DNA of 63,038 nucleotides, counting the filler. It is 5 parts of 5 records of this genome, joined end to end, with 100 filler letters (N's around TTAATTAATTAA, not from the genome) between each part and the next. Parts side by side here need not be neighbours in the genome. Positions count along the whole stretch, not along the records: positions 39,877 to 63,038 come from SRR2962707_2379; 4 more parts are not named here. One strand, given 5' to 3'. The notes under the pieces were generated by a model that was not told the origin of the DNA, did no database searches, and worked only from the letters and a program-made list of their open reading frames with translations. Both the position numbers and the translations under genes were made by a program. Each line of letters opens with the position of its first letter. The first letter of the stretch is position 1. Positions 42,085 through 51,527 of this stretch are shown here, one piece after another.

Positions 42085-42232
42085 CTCACTCAGCCTTCCG
42101 TGTTGTCCACCAACAAACGTATAATCTTAGATAACCGATACCAGAATCACACTTGGATATAATCAACCAAACTCCTAGGAATATCATTATTGCGCGTCCG
42201 TTGGTGAAAACACACAACTGAGGCTCAGTGAG
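42085..42232. repeat. ~148-bp element with imperfect terminal inverted repeats (MITE/BIME-like)
   Basis: CTCACTCAGCCT...CACCAAC on the left, GTTGGTG...AGGCTCAGTGAG on the right. Confidence 0.5.
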
Positions 42233-42249
42233 AATGTCTGAAAATACTT

Positions 42250-42370
42250 CCAAGTACTTAGTACCAAGTACTCACTACTTATTACTCACTACCTACCTAA
42301 GTCTTCCGTCTAATGTCTTCCATCTATCGTCTCCCCATTATTCATTATCAATTGTCAATTATCCATTCAA
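42250..42370. repeat. Degenerate ~7-bp tandem repeats
   Basis: caagtac ttagtac caagtac tcactac ttattac tcactac; ttatcaa ttgtcaa ttatcca. Confidence 0.6.
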
Positions 42371-42481
42371 CAACTTATTCTTAACTAATTCATAATCATA
42401 TTTTTAACTATTGGTAAAAAATCGCTGGTTTGAATGTGTTTTAGTGCTTAAATTAGGCACTCTAACAACCAATCTACGCTT

Positions 42482-42715
42482 GTGGGTGAAACCATGTCAT
42501 CAGCATTTTCTTTGTTACTGGTAGGAATGATCACCGTGTTTGTGGTGTTGTTACTGGTAGTGGTCACGGGCAATCTGCTCATTCGTCTGGTCAACCGTAT
42601 TTCCGGTTCCGACATAGATGGAGGCATTTCCCCATCCACGGTGGCAGCCATCACATCAGCCGTAGAAGTGGTGACTCAGGGAAGAGGTCACGTCGAGAAG
42701 ATAGAAAAGCAATAA
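42482..42715 (+). CDS. oadG: Oxaloacetate decarboxylase gamma-like subunit
   Basis: Single TM GMITVFVVLLLVV; VAAITSAV; first gene of the operon. Confidence 0.8.
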   Translation: MGETMSSAFSLLLVGMITVFVVLLLVVVTGNLLIRLVNRISGSDIDGGISPSTVAAITSAVEVVTQGRGHVEKIEKQ

Positions 42716-42726
42716 ACAAAAAGACT

Positions 42727-44613
42727 ATGGGACGAGAGGTAGGCTTAAGCCTTATTTACCGTGACATGTGGCAGTCTTCAGGAAAGTACATGCCACGAAA
42801 AGACCAGCTCGAGCGTGTGGCCGGGCCAATTGTAGACATGGGATGCTTCCGCAGGGTAGAAACCAACGGGGGCGGATTCGAGCAGATCAACCTGCTTTAT
42901 GGGGAAAACCCGAACCATTCGGTGCGTGCCTGGACCAAGGCCTTCAATGAGGCAGGCATCCAGACACACATGCTGGAGCGTGGACTCAACGGACTTAGAA
43001 TGTTCCCGGTACCAAGAGACGTTCGTAAGCTGATGTTCAAGCTGAAGAAGCTGCAAGGAACAGATATCTCACGGTCATTCGATGGACTTAATGATACCCG
43101 TAATCTCAAGCTTTCGATCGACTATGCGAAAGAGGGTGGTATGATCTCACAGTGCTGTTTGTGTATCACGCACTCCAAGCTGCACACAGCAGATTATTAC
43201 ATCAAGATGGCCGGTGAGTTGATCGATATGGGTGCGGAAGAAATCTGCATCAAAGACATGGCCGGTGTGGGCCGTCCTGTTACGGTTGGACGAATCGTTG
43301 AAGGCATCAAAGCCATCAAAAAAGACATTGTGGTGCAATACCACGGGCACTCTGGTCCCGGATTCAGTGTGACTTCATCATTGGAAGCTGCACGTGCCGG
43401 AGCAGACTTTATTGATGTGGCCATGGAGCCGTTATCCTATGGTACCGTCCATGCGGACCTACTTACCATTCACGAAATGCTACGTGATGCCGGATTTAGC
43501 TTACCGGATATCAACATGAAGGCTTACATGCAAGCACGTTCACTCACACAGGAGTTCATCGATGATTTTCTGGGGTACTATATCAACCCGAAAAATCGTC
43601 AAATGAATGCCTTACTCATTGGTCCCGGATTACCGGGAGGAATGATGGGTAGCTTAATGGCTGATTTGGAAAACAACCTGAAGAGCCTCAACAAGTGGAT
43701 GGAGAAGAATGGCAAGCCAGCTGTCACACAAGACGACCTGTTGATTGCTTTGTTTGAAGAAGTACAGCATATCTGGCCGATCATGGGCTATCCACCTTTG
43801 GTGACGCCATTCAGCCAGTATGTGAAGAATGCAGCCCTTGTGAATGTGATGCAGATGATGAAAGGCAAGGAGCGATGGTCATTGTTGGACGATAACACCT
43901 GGGACATGGTTCTGGGTAAGTCAGGTCGTGTACCCGGCAAGGTTGGTGATGAACTTGTTAACCTGGCGAAGGAGCAAGGCAGGGAATTCTTCGAAGGTGA
44001 TCCTCAAGACCTGCAACCGGATGCACTGGATCAGTATCGGGAGCAAATGAAAGAGAAAGGTTGGGAAACCGGTCCGGATGATGAAGAGCTCTTCGAGTAT
44101 GCGATGCACCCGACCCAATACGAAGATTACAAATCAGGCAAGGCGAAGGCTGCATTTGAGAAAGATCTGGCAGAGAAACGGGCTCCAAAAGCGGAGGAAG
44201 CTCCAGCAGCTCCTGCTACATCTCAACCGGTTCATCAGCCGAAGACCATGAACATCAATGTGAATGGGGAGCAGTTCAAAGTGCATGTCTCGTATGATGA
44301 TCAACCAAATGGTGCGGCAGAATCGGCACCTCCAGTTCAGCAGGAAGCAGCACCAGCATCGTCAAACGGTACCAATGGTCAATCCAAAGAGATCATCGCA
44401 CCGCTGGAAGGTACGGTGTACTTTACCAAGGATTCAGGAGAGAAGGCCATTAAGGTGGGAGACACGGTCAAAGCCGGAGATATCGTCTGCTACATTGAGG
44501 CCATGAAGGTGAATAACGCCATCAAAGCAGATGTAAGTGGTGTGGTATGTGAGATCCTGGTGAAGGATGCGGAGGATGTGCTGGATGATGATGTCTTGTT
44601 CCGACTAAACTAA
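42727..44613 (+). CDS. oadA: Oxaloacetate decarboxylase alpha (carboxyltransferase + biotinyl domain)
   Basis: RDMWQSSGK (Bacteroidota variant), IKDMAG, PGGMMGS, YPPLVTPFSQ, EAMKV; flanked by gamma and beta subunits. Confidence 0.85.
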   Translation: MGREVGLSLIYRDMWQSSGKYMPRKDQLERVAGPIVDMGCFRRVETNGGGFEQINLLYGENPNHSVRAWTKAFNEAGIQTHMLERGLNGLRMFPVPRDVRKLMFKLKKLQGTDISRSFDGLNDTRNLKLSIDYAKEGGMISQCCLCITHSKLHTADYYIKMAGELIDMGAEEICIKDMAGVGRPVTVGRIVEGIKAIKKDIVVQYHGHSGPGFSVTSSLEAARAGADFIDVAMEPLSYGTVHADLLTIHEMLRDAGFSLPDINMKAYMQARSLTQEFIDDFLGYYINPKNRQMNALLIGPGLPGGMMGSLMADLENNLKSLNKWMEKNGKPAVTQDDLLIALFEEVQHIWPIMGYPPLVTPFSQYVKNAALVNVMQMMKGKERWSLLDDNTWDMVLGKSGRVPGKVGDELVNLAKEQGREFFEGDPQDLQPDALDQYREQMKEKGWETGPDDEELFEYAMHPTQYEDYKSGKAKAAFEKDLAEKRAPKAEEAPAAPATSQPVHQPKTMNINVNGEQFKVHVSYDDQPNGAAESAPPVQQEAAPASSNGTNGQSKEIIAPLEGTVYFTKDSGEKAIKVGDTVKAGDIVCYIEAMKVNNAIKADVSGVVCEILVKDAEDVLDDDVLFRLN

Positions 44614-44622
44614 CCGAAGCGC

Positions 44623-45813
44623 TTGGAGTTACTTAGAAAACTGTTTGAAATGACCGCTCTGGGAGAGATCGGGGCACATCCCGAATACCTCCTGATGATC
44701 GCGATCGCTTTCTTTTTGTTGTATTTAGGCATCAAGAAACAATACGAACCTTTGTTGCTGGTGCCTATTGCCTTTGGCATGTTGGTTGCCAACTTTCCCG
44801 GTGGACAAATGGGCGTGGTGAAGATCGATGAGTCGCTTACGCTGTACCAGATCGCCCAGCAGCATGGGATCATGAATTACCTGTACTATGCGCTGATTAA
44901 GACAGGCCTGTTGCCACCAATCATTTTTCTGGGTGTAGGAGCGTTGACAGATTTCGGTCCTATGCTTCGCAACCTGCGATTGGCATTCTTCGGAGCAGCT
45001 GCACAGATCGGTATTTTTACGGTTTTGATTTCAGCTGTGGCTCTTGGCTTCACCATGAAAGAAGCTGCGTCACTTGGTATTATTGGTGGTGCCGATGGTC
45101 CTACTGCGATTTATACGACCATCAAACTGGCGCCTCGACTGCTGGGGCCCATTGCGATTGCAGCGTATTCTTACATGGCGTTGGTGCCTGTGATCATTCC
45201 TTTGGTGGTACGGTTCACCATGACCAAGAATGAGCTGATGATCAACATGAAGGAGCAAGATCGATTGTATCCCCCAAAGCAACCGGTGAAGGATATTCAG
45301 ACATTGAAAATCCTATTTCCGATAGGAGTGGGAACAGTGGTTTTATTGTTGGTTCCTTCCGCAACACCTTTATTGGGCATGCTTTTTTTCGGCAACTTGG
45401 TAAAGGAGATCGGTGCCACAACGAAGCGATTGTCTTCGGCTGCTTCCGACACCATCCTCAATGCCTCTACAGTCTTCCTAGGTTTGACAGTAGGAGGCAC
45501 TATGACAGCCAAAGCCTTCTTGAACTGGGAGACCATCATGATCATAGCCGGTGGGTTTTTAGCGTTTGCCATCTCTATTGCAGGTGGCATTTTTGCTGTG
45601 AAGGCTTATAACTTGTTCTCAAAGAAGAAAATCAATCCATTGATTGGTGCGACAGGATTGAGCGCTGTGCCTATGGCCTCACGGGTCGCGAACGAATTGG
45701 CCTTGAAGCACGATCCAAACAACCACTTGTTGCAGTATGCGATGGCTTCTAATATTTCCGGTGTAATTGGAAGTGCGGTTGCTGCTGGGGTGTTGATTTC
45801 GTTTCTTGGGTAA
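44623..45813 (+). CDS. oadB: Na+-transporting decarboxylase beta subunit
   Basis: YEPLLLVPI, GIIGGADGPT, AAYSYMALVP, SAVPMASRV, NISGVIGSAVAAG. Confidence 0.92.
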   Translation: MELLRKLFEMTALGEIGAHPEYLLMIAIAFFLLYLGIKKQYEPLLLVPIAFGMLVANFPGGQMGVVKIDESLTLYQIAQQHGIMNYLYYALIKTGLLPPIIFLGVGALTDFGPMLRNLRLAFFGAAAQIGIFTVLISAVALGFTMKEAASLGIIGGADGPTAIYTTIKLAPRLLGPIAIAAYSYMALVPVIIPLVVRFTMTKNELMINMKEQDRLYPPKQPVKDIQTLKILFPIGVGTVVLLLVPSATPLLGMLFFGNLVKEIGATTKRLSSAASDTILNASTVFLGLTVGGTMTAKAFLNWETIMIIAGGFLAFAISIAGGIFAVKAYNLFSKKKINPLIGATGLSAVPMASRVANELALKHDPNNHLLQYAMASNISGVIGSAVAAGVLISFLG

Positions 45814-45869
45814 GAATTTAGAATACAGAATTCAGGAAATAGAATTCTGTATTCCATTTTCGAAGTTCT

Positions 45870-45981
45870 ATCAACTAATTACCTAATCCTCAAATCATCT
45901 AATCAACTAATCCTCAAATCATCTAATCAACTAATCAACTAATCTTCAAATCAACTAATCAACCAATCTCCTAATCACCTC
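45870..45981. repeat. 8-bp tandem repeat array (ATCAACTA/ATCCTCAA/ATCATCTA) running into the tcdA 3' end
   Basis: About 14 degenerate octamers including a duplicated 24-bp block. Confidence 0.8.
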
Positions 45982-46671
45982 TGCCGCCATCGTCATTCCA
46001 AACATCGCAGGCATATAAGAGATCGTACCATAGAAAGACTTTTTGTAGTTAGAGCCATCCGTCAGTTTCAGCGCATTCTTTGGCTGAATTTCTTCCGAAT
46101 AGACACATAGCACTCCTTTATCCACGCCTTTGTATTTGAGCATTTTGCGGAGTTGCTGAGCGAACTTGCACTCCCGTGTTTTGCTGATATCTGTTATTTG
46201 AATCTTGGAAGGATCAAGCTTGCCCCCGGCACCCATGGAAGAGATGAATTTGCACTTCATGCGACGTAATGTCAGAATCATCGACAACTTAGGTAGCACA
46301 CTATCGATGCAATCAAGGGAGAAATCAAAATGATTGTCCCTTAAAAACTTGTTCATGACATCAGGCTCCATGAAATGATCTATCACCGTGATATCCAGTT
46401 CAGGGTTGATGTCTAAAAAACGATCTTTCAGGAGGATAGCTTTTTGCTTGCCTACTGTCGAGTCTAAAGCTTGTAATTGACGGTTTTTATTGGTAGGGTC
46501 TACTAAATCACCGTCAATAATGGTGATTTTGCCCACACCTGCTCGTACCAATGTTTCTGCAGCGTAGCTACCTACGCCTCCAAGACCCGTCACAAGTATA
46601 TTGGATTCTTGAAGCTTCGCTAATGCTTCTTTCCCGATTAATAGCTCTGTCCGTTCTAACCAGTGACTCAT
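45955..46671 (-). CDS. tcdA: tRNA threonylcarbamoyladenosine dehydratase (ThiF family)
   Basis: GLGGVGS, NKNRQ, DCID, SSMGAGGKLDP, VYSEE, GTISYMPAMFG. Confidence 0.88.
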   Translation of the reverse strand: MSHWLERTELLIGKEALAKLQESNILVTGLGGVGSYAAETLVRAGVGKITIIDGDLVDPTNKNRQLQALDSTVGKQKAILLKDRFLDINPELDITVIDHFMEPDVMNKFLRDNHFDFSLDCIDSVLPKLSMILTLRRMKCKFISSMGAGGKLDPSKIQITDISKTRECKFAQQLRKMLKYKGVDKGVLCVYSEEIQPKNALKLTDGSNYKKSFYGTISYMPAMFGMTMAAEVIRRLVD

Positions 46672-47348
46672 CGATTGAAAAATTCGTGTGCGTTGTTATT
46701 CATTTGTTCCTTCAGCTCCGGAATTGAAATTCTGGTAATAGCTGACACCCGCGAATATATGTCGATGATCGTAACATCAGGCATGCTGTCTGTTTCCAGA
46801 AAAATCCGATCATGTGGGAGAGATTGAAACAACTCCTTGTATTTTTCATCTATCGTAGGCATTAAGGATAGGTAAAACCCTTGATCGATTAATTGTTTTC
46901 CAAGTATGGCATGACGACCATACCCGTGAATGCACCATTTACTGATAGATGGAAATTCCTTCTTAATCTTAGTAAGTTGATCGAATGCACGGACACAATG
47001 GATGATTACCGGCTTATTGATTTCATTAGCGATTCTCAACTGACTCCTCATTATCTCCATTTGAAGATTCATCTCAGGACCTTTCAGATTATCAAGTCCC
47101 ATTTCACCCATGGCCAGGCAATCGCTAAGCTTAAGTAGTCTGATCAGTTCCTGCTTCTGTTCTTCTGAGATGGGCACGTCTGTCCACCAAGGATGCATCC
47201 CTATGGTGAAAAGCTGATGTTCTTTTTCCTGGCCCAGATGCAGAGATACTATTTCTGTTACATCCTCATTGCTTGTCGCTCGTAGCGAATGGGTATGAAA
47301 ATCCAGGAAATGGTGTGGATTGAAAATTGACTGAAATAAGGTGTCCAT
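46668..47348 (-). CDS. TatD-family hydrolase
   Basis: DFHTH, GMHPW, GEMGLD, IHCVRA, FLETD. Confidence 0.88.
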   Translation of the reverse strand: MDTLFQSIFNPHHFLDFHTHSLRATSNEDVTEIVSLHLGQEKEHQLFTIGMHPWWTDVPISEEQKQELIRLLKLSDCLAMGEMGLDNLKGPEMNLQMEIMRSQLRIANEINKPVIIHCVRAFDQLTKIKKEFPSISKWCIHGYGRHAILGKQLIDQGFYLSLMPTIDEKYKELFQSLPHDRIFLETDSMPDVTIIDIYSRVSAITRISIPELKEQMNNNAHEFFNR

Positions 47349-47494
47349 GCAGAATAAAAGTAACAGAAAGAATATTATCGAATCACCATGAAAGAATTGA
47401 AATATCAGGATTTCTTAATAACTTGAATATGTAAATGTCTAAGGTTGATCTTTTAGATATTTCACCCTAATGTTAATATATACCACCACCTCCT

Positions 47495-47728
47495 ATGATA
47501 CAGATGTTAGAACGGGTCTCCGATCCCAAAATCGTAAGTGAAGTCTCACGTATGATTGAAAAAGAGTATGGGCTGGTTCACAATCGTGACTACCATATGA
47601 CGTTCGTTTATACCAAAGAACGTCCGCCTAAGATGAAGATTAAGATATTGAAAGAAGGGGCGGTTTACTCGCTGGAGAATCTTGAAGCCTCAGTTCAAAA
47701 GATCTACGATCATGCTGAAGTGAGCTAA
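47495..47728 (+). CDS. Hypothetical protein (77 aa)
   Basis: Isolated ORF followed by a terminator. Confidence 0.55.
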   Translation: MIQMLERVSDPKIVSEVSRMIEKEYGLVHNRDYHMTFVYTKERPPKMKIKILKEGAVYSLENLEASVQKIYDHAEVS

Positions 47729-47729
47729 C

Positions 47730-47756
47730 AAAAAAGCCCACCGAAGTGGGCCCTTT
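47730..47756. terminator. Terminator between convergent genes
   Basis: A6-GCCCAC-cgaa-GTGGGC. Confidence 0.7.
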
Positions 47757-47759
47757 ATC

Positions 47760-48176
47760 TTACTTTCTTCCGAGCATTATCCCAATCAGTCCACCCGCAA
47801 CACCCATCATTATGGCGGTTACAAGGACATCCACCATCGCGCCAGTTAGGTTCATCATGTTGGAGGTTCCATACATAATGAAGTTGTAGGCACAGCCAAG
47901 AATAAGCCCCAACATGGCACCATTCTTAAAACCGTCTCCAAAGGAGGTTACATTGGCCCATTTACCAAAAATGAACACAAGTAAATAGGCTTGGAACACA
48001 TTTCCTAAGATTAAAGACCACATGATCAGGTCTTCATCCGAGCGCATTACGTTTAATGCACTTCCAGAATTTTCTGCGTAGAAATCCACCAGAATAATAC
48101 CATAGAACAGCCATCCAAGAAGGAAGAAAGCGACGAACCCCACTAGGGTCGCCAGAATACGATTTTTAGCACTCAT
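47760..48176 (-). CDS. Four-TM membrane protein of unknown function
   Basis: FFLLGWLFYG and three more hydrophobic segments. Confidence 0.8.
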   Translation of the reverse strand: MSAKNRILATLVGFVAFFLLGWLFYGIILVDFYAENSGSALNVMRSDEDLIMWSLILGNVFQAYLLVFIFGKWANVTSFGDGFKNGAMLGLILGCAYNFIMYGTSNMMNLTGAMVDVLVTAIMMGVAGGLIGIMLGRK

Positions 48177-48241
48177 AATTTTTAGGTTAGTTACTCTATA
48201 AAGCTAACCAGATTCTTGGGAATTAACTATAGTTGATTGTG

Positions 48242-48577
48242 CTAGCCCTTTTTGACGAATTCTGACTTTAATGCCATGCTGCCAAACCCATCGATTTTGC
48301 AGTCAATGTTGTGATCACCCTCAACCAATCGGATGTTTTTAACCTTTGTTCCTGCCTTGATAGGTTTTGGAGCACCTTTTACCGGCAGGTCTTTGATCAC
48401 TACAACTGTGTCACCATCCTGCAAGACGTTTCCATTTGAATCCTTTACTTCAGAAGATGATTCTTCAACGACTTCATCAGGATTCCATTCATGGCCACAT
48501 TCAGGACACATCAGGAGGGTGTCAGTAGGATAGGTGTATTGAGATTGACAGTTTGGGCAGGGAGGGAATTCTGACAT
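48242..48577 (-). CDS. Zinc-ribbon protein YjdM/PhnA family
   Basis: CPNC...[36 protein letters not shown]. Confidence 0.9.
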   Translation of the reverse strand: MSEFPPCPNCQSQYTYPTDTLLMCPECGHEWNPDEVVEESSSEVKDSNGNVLQDGDTVVVIKDLPVKGAPKPIKAGTKVKNIRLVEGDHNIDCKIDGFGSMALKSEFVKKG

Positions 48578-48643
48578 GGAGATAATGATTTTTTTTCTAA
48601 GCTCAAATTTAGTTGAGATGTCATAGAAATCAGCCAATCAAGC

Positions 48644-48669
48644 ACTTATGTAACAATTGTTACATAAGT
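48644..48669. promoter_or_regulatory. Perfect 26-bp palindrome, candidate operator
   Basis: ACTTATGTAACAATTGTTACATAAGT equals its own reverse complement. Confidence 0.7.
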
Positions 48670-48687
48670 CTTCTCATCAACCCGACC

Positions 48688-48703
48688 CATGACAAAACTC
48701 ATG
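48688..48703. promoter_or_regulatory. Crp/Fnr-geometry inverted repeat
   Basis: CATGA-CAAAAC-TCATG (TGA-N6-TCA), ~50 bp upstream of the reductase operon. Confidence 0.45.
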
Positions 48704-48752
48704 TTTTCGGAGGATTGTATGGCCTAGTTTGCATTATATACCTACATAAGCA

Positions 48753-50993
48753 ATGAAATACAACCGTCGAGATTTTATCAAAATTTCATCCTTAGGATTA
48801 GGTGGTGCTGCTTTTGCTACAACAATATTTGACACAGCGACCGCCAGCATATTATCCGGGGAAGTTGAGAACACACTGAAATACGCCACGAGAACTCCAA
48901 CTTATTGTGAAGTCTGCTTTTGGAAGTGTGCTGCCTGGGTAACTAAAAATGAAGATGGAGAGATATGGAAAGTAGAAGGTCATCAGGATGATCCACACTG
49001 CAATGGAAGACTTTGCCCCAGAGGAACCGGAGGCGTAGGCATGTACCACGATAAGGATCGTTTGAAAAAGCCTTTGATGCGTGTTGAGAAAGATGGCAAG
49101 CAAACCTTCGAAGAAGTCAGCTGGGACAAAGCCTTCGATTTCATCAGCTCTAAAATGAAGGACATCAAGGATAAATACGGGCCTGAATCCATGGCTTTAT
49201 TCACACATGGTTCTGGAGGAAAATTCCTTGGCCATTTGATGAAAGCTTATGGTAGTCCGCATATCACAGCGCCATCCTTTGCTCAGTGTCGTGGGCCAAG
49301 GGAAGTAGCATTCTATTCCACCTTTGGGGAAGGCATCTATTCACCGGAACGAACAGATATTCGAGACACCAAATGCCTTGTGCTTATCGGTTCTCAAATA
49401 GGTGAAAACATGCACAATGGTCAGGTACAGGAAATGTCAGAAGCCATTGATAAACAGGCTACTATCATTACTGTGGATCCTCGATTCTCTACTGCAGCAA
49501 GTAAATCCAAGCATTGGCTGCCTATCAAACCAGCTACTGACTTAGCGCTATTACTTGCCTGGATGAATGTGATCATAAACGAAGGATGGTATGACAAAGA
49601 GTACGTGGAGAAATATGCCTTTGGATTTGATGAATTGAAAGCGCACGTGCAGCAATACACGCCTGAATGGGCCTATGGCATTACCACGCTTGAGCCAAAA
49701 GTGATCCGTGAAACAGCGCGAGAAATGGCTGCAGCTTCTCCAGCTGTTATCATACACCCGGGAAGACATGTGACTTGGTATGGTGACGATACACAGCGAT
49801 TACGTGCTGTGGCAATCCTGAATGCTTTGTTAGGCAGCTGGGGCAGAAGAGGTGGATTCTACTTCCCTGAGAAAGTGACGATTCCAAGCTATCCGCACCC
49901 TCCATATCCTAAACCAAAATATGCATGGCAGTCAGCCAACCCGGATAAATACCCGATGGCTACTGAAGTGGTTTCTAATGGCGTTGTTGATGCTACTTTT
50001 CCTTCAGAAGAGCGTGATTATAGCATCAAAGGCTGGATTGTAAATGGTACCAATCTTATCCATACACTTCCAGATCAAAAGCGTACGCTTGAGGCCATTC
50101 AACAGCTTGAGCTCATGGTAGTCATTGACACCATGCCTATGGAAATAACAGGCTATGCGGATATTGTGCTTCCAGAGTGTACGTACCTCGAGCGCTATGA
50201 TGCAATCCGGGATTCGCTTCACAGGGAACCGGTGATTTCCCTTCGTATGCCGGCAGTAGAGCCGAAATACGATTCCAAACCAGACTGGTGGATCGCAAAA
50301 CAGCTAGGAGAACGTCTGGGCCTTAACGAGTTTTTCGGATATAAAGACATTGAAGAAATGCTTGATTGGCAGTTGAAACAAGTGGGAAGTTCACTTGAAG
50401 AAATGCAGAAAGTAGGAGTGAAGAAATTCAAACGACCATATGATGACCTCTATCTGGTGGATGGTCAGGATTTTGAGTTTGGAACACCTACAGGCAAGAT
50501 TGAACTTTACGCGACTGATTTAGCTGCTGAGGGCTTTGATCCGCTTCCATCTTATACGGAGCATGATCAACCGCCAGCTGGGTTTTACCGATTGAACTAC
50601 GGTCGTACGCCTGCTCACACTTTTAGCAGAACAACCAACAATCCAAACTTATCCAGTATTTACAAGGAGAATGATTTGTGGGTGAATCCAAAGGTCGCCA
50701 AGCAATGGGGGCTTAAGAATGGCCAATATGTATGGTTGAAAAACCAGAATGATGTGGTGTCAAGCTTTTCCATCAAAGTGCGGGTAACTGAGCGTATTCG
50801 ATGGGATTCTGTGTACATGGTGCATGGATTCGGTCATACCGGAAATAAGCTTACACGGGCTTTTGGTAAAGGAGCAAGTGATACGGAACTCATGAGCAAT
50901 GTGAAGTTGGATCCGATCATGGGAGGAACAGGCATGCGGGAAAACTTTGTGACTTTTTTAACTGAACAACCTGAAAAAGAAGAAAAACTATGA
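48753..50993 (+). CDS. Tat-exported molybdopterin oxidoreductase, PsrA/PhsA/SrrA clade
   Basis: NRRDFIK Tat motif; CEVCFWKC...LCPRG Fe-S site; PSFAQCRGPR Cys ligand region; TPTGKIE; substrate not determinable. Confidence 0.88.
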   Translation: MKYNRRDFIKISSLGLGGAAFATTIFDTATASILSGEVENTLKYATRTPTYCEVCFWKCAAWVTKNEDGEIWKVEGHQDDPHCNGRLCPRGTGGVGMYHDKDRLKKPLMRVEKDGKQTFEEVSWDKAFDFISSKMKDIKDKYGPESMALFTHGSGGKFLGHLMKAYGSPHITAPSFAQCRGPREVAFYSTFGEGIYSPERTDIRDTKCLVLIGSQIGENMHNGQVQEMSEAIDKQATIITVDPRFSTAASKSKHWLPIKPATDLALLLAWMNVIINEGWYDKEYVEKYAFGFDELKAHVQQYTPEWAYGITTLEPKVIRETAREMAAASPAVIIHPGRHVTWYGDDTQRLRAVAILNALLGSWGRRGGFYFPEKVTIPSYPHPPYPKPKYAWQSANPDKYPMATEVVSNGVVDATFPSEERDYSIKGWIVNGTNLIHTLPDQKRTLEAIQQLELMVVIDTMPMEITGYADIVLPECTYLERYDAIRDSLHREPVISLRMPAVEPKYDSKPDWWIAKQLGERLGLNEFFGYKDIEEMLDWQLKQVGSSLEEMQKVGVKKFKRPYDDLYLVDGQDFEFGTPTGKIELYATDLAAEGFDPLPSYTEHDQPPAGFYRLNYGRTPAHTFSRTTNNPNLSSIYKENDLWVNPKVAKQWGLKNGQYVWLKNQNDVVSSFSIKVRVTERIRWDSVYMVHGFGHTGNKLTRAFGKGASDTELMSNVKLDPIMGGTGMRENFVTFLTEQPEKEEKL

Positions 50994-51523
50994 GGTATGC
51001 AATGGCCATCGACACGAAGAAATGCATTGGCTGTGGGGACTGTGTGGTAGCGTGTCAAATTGAAAACAACGTGCCTGAAGGATTCTGTCGGGAATGGATC
51101 GTAGAAGCGGTCAGCGGAACCTATCCAAATCTTGAACTAGAGTTTCGCTCCGAAAGGTGCCACCATTGTGCCAACGCTCCCTGCGTGCGTTGCTGTCCGA
51201 CTGGCTCCAGCCATATAGTGGAAGGCGGTATCGTCCTGGTAGATCCTGATAAATGCATTGGCTGTGGGGCATGCATCGCCTCCTGCCCGTATGATGCACG
51301 GTATCCTCATCCTGATGGATACGTGGATAAATGTACTTTCTGCGTACATAAAGTGCGAAAAGGAGAGCAACCAGCCTGTGTACAGGTATGTCCTACGAAC
51401 TGTTTGTATTTCGGCGACCTGGATGATCCTAACAGTGAAATCTCTAAGAAGATCAAGGAGAGAAAATACAAACGCATGAAAACGGAAGCCGGAACAGACC
51501 CTCAGTTGTACTTTTTAATCTGA
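50990..51523 (+). CDS. 4x[4Fe-4S] electron-transfer subunit (PsrB/NrfC-like)
   Basis: CIGCGDC, CHHCANAPC, CIGCGAC, KCTFC, PACVQVCP. Confidence 0.92.
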   Translation: MRYAMAIDTKKCIGCGDCVVACQIENNVPEGFCREWIVEAVSGTYPNLELEFRSERCHHCANAPCVRCCPTGSSHIVEGGIVLVDPDKCIGCGACIASCPYDARYPHPDGYVDKCTFCVHKVRKGEQPACVQVCPTNCLYFGDLDDPNSEISKKIKERKYKRMKTEAGTDPQLYFLI

Positions 51524-51527
51524 TACC

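Noticed and set aside
26674-44613. Two OadA-family genes as a duplication
   Set aside because: Different contigs and organisms; one partners a biotin carboxylase, the other gamma/beta decarboxylase subunits
45870-45981. Possible CRISPR array
   Set aside because: Contiguous 8-bp units without unique spacers; no cas genes in the window
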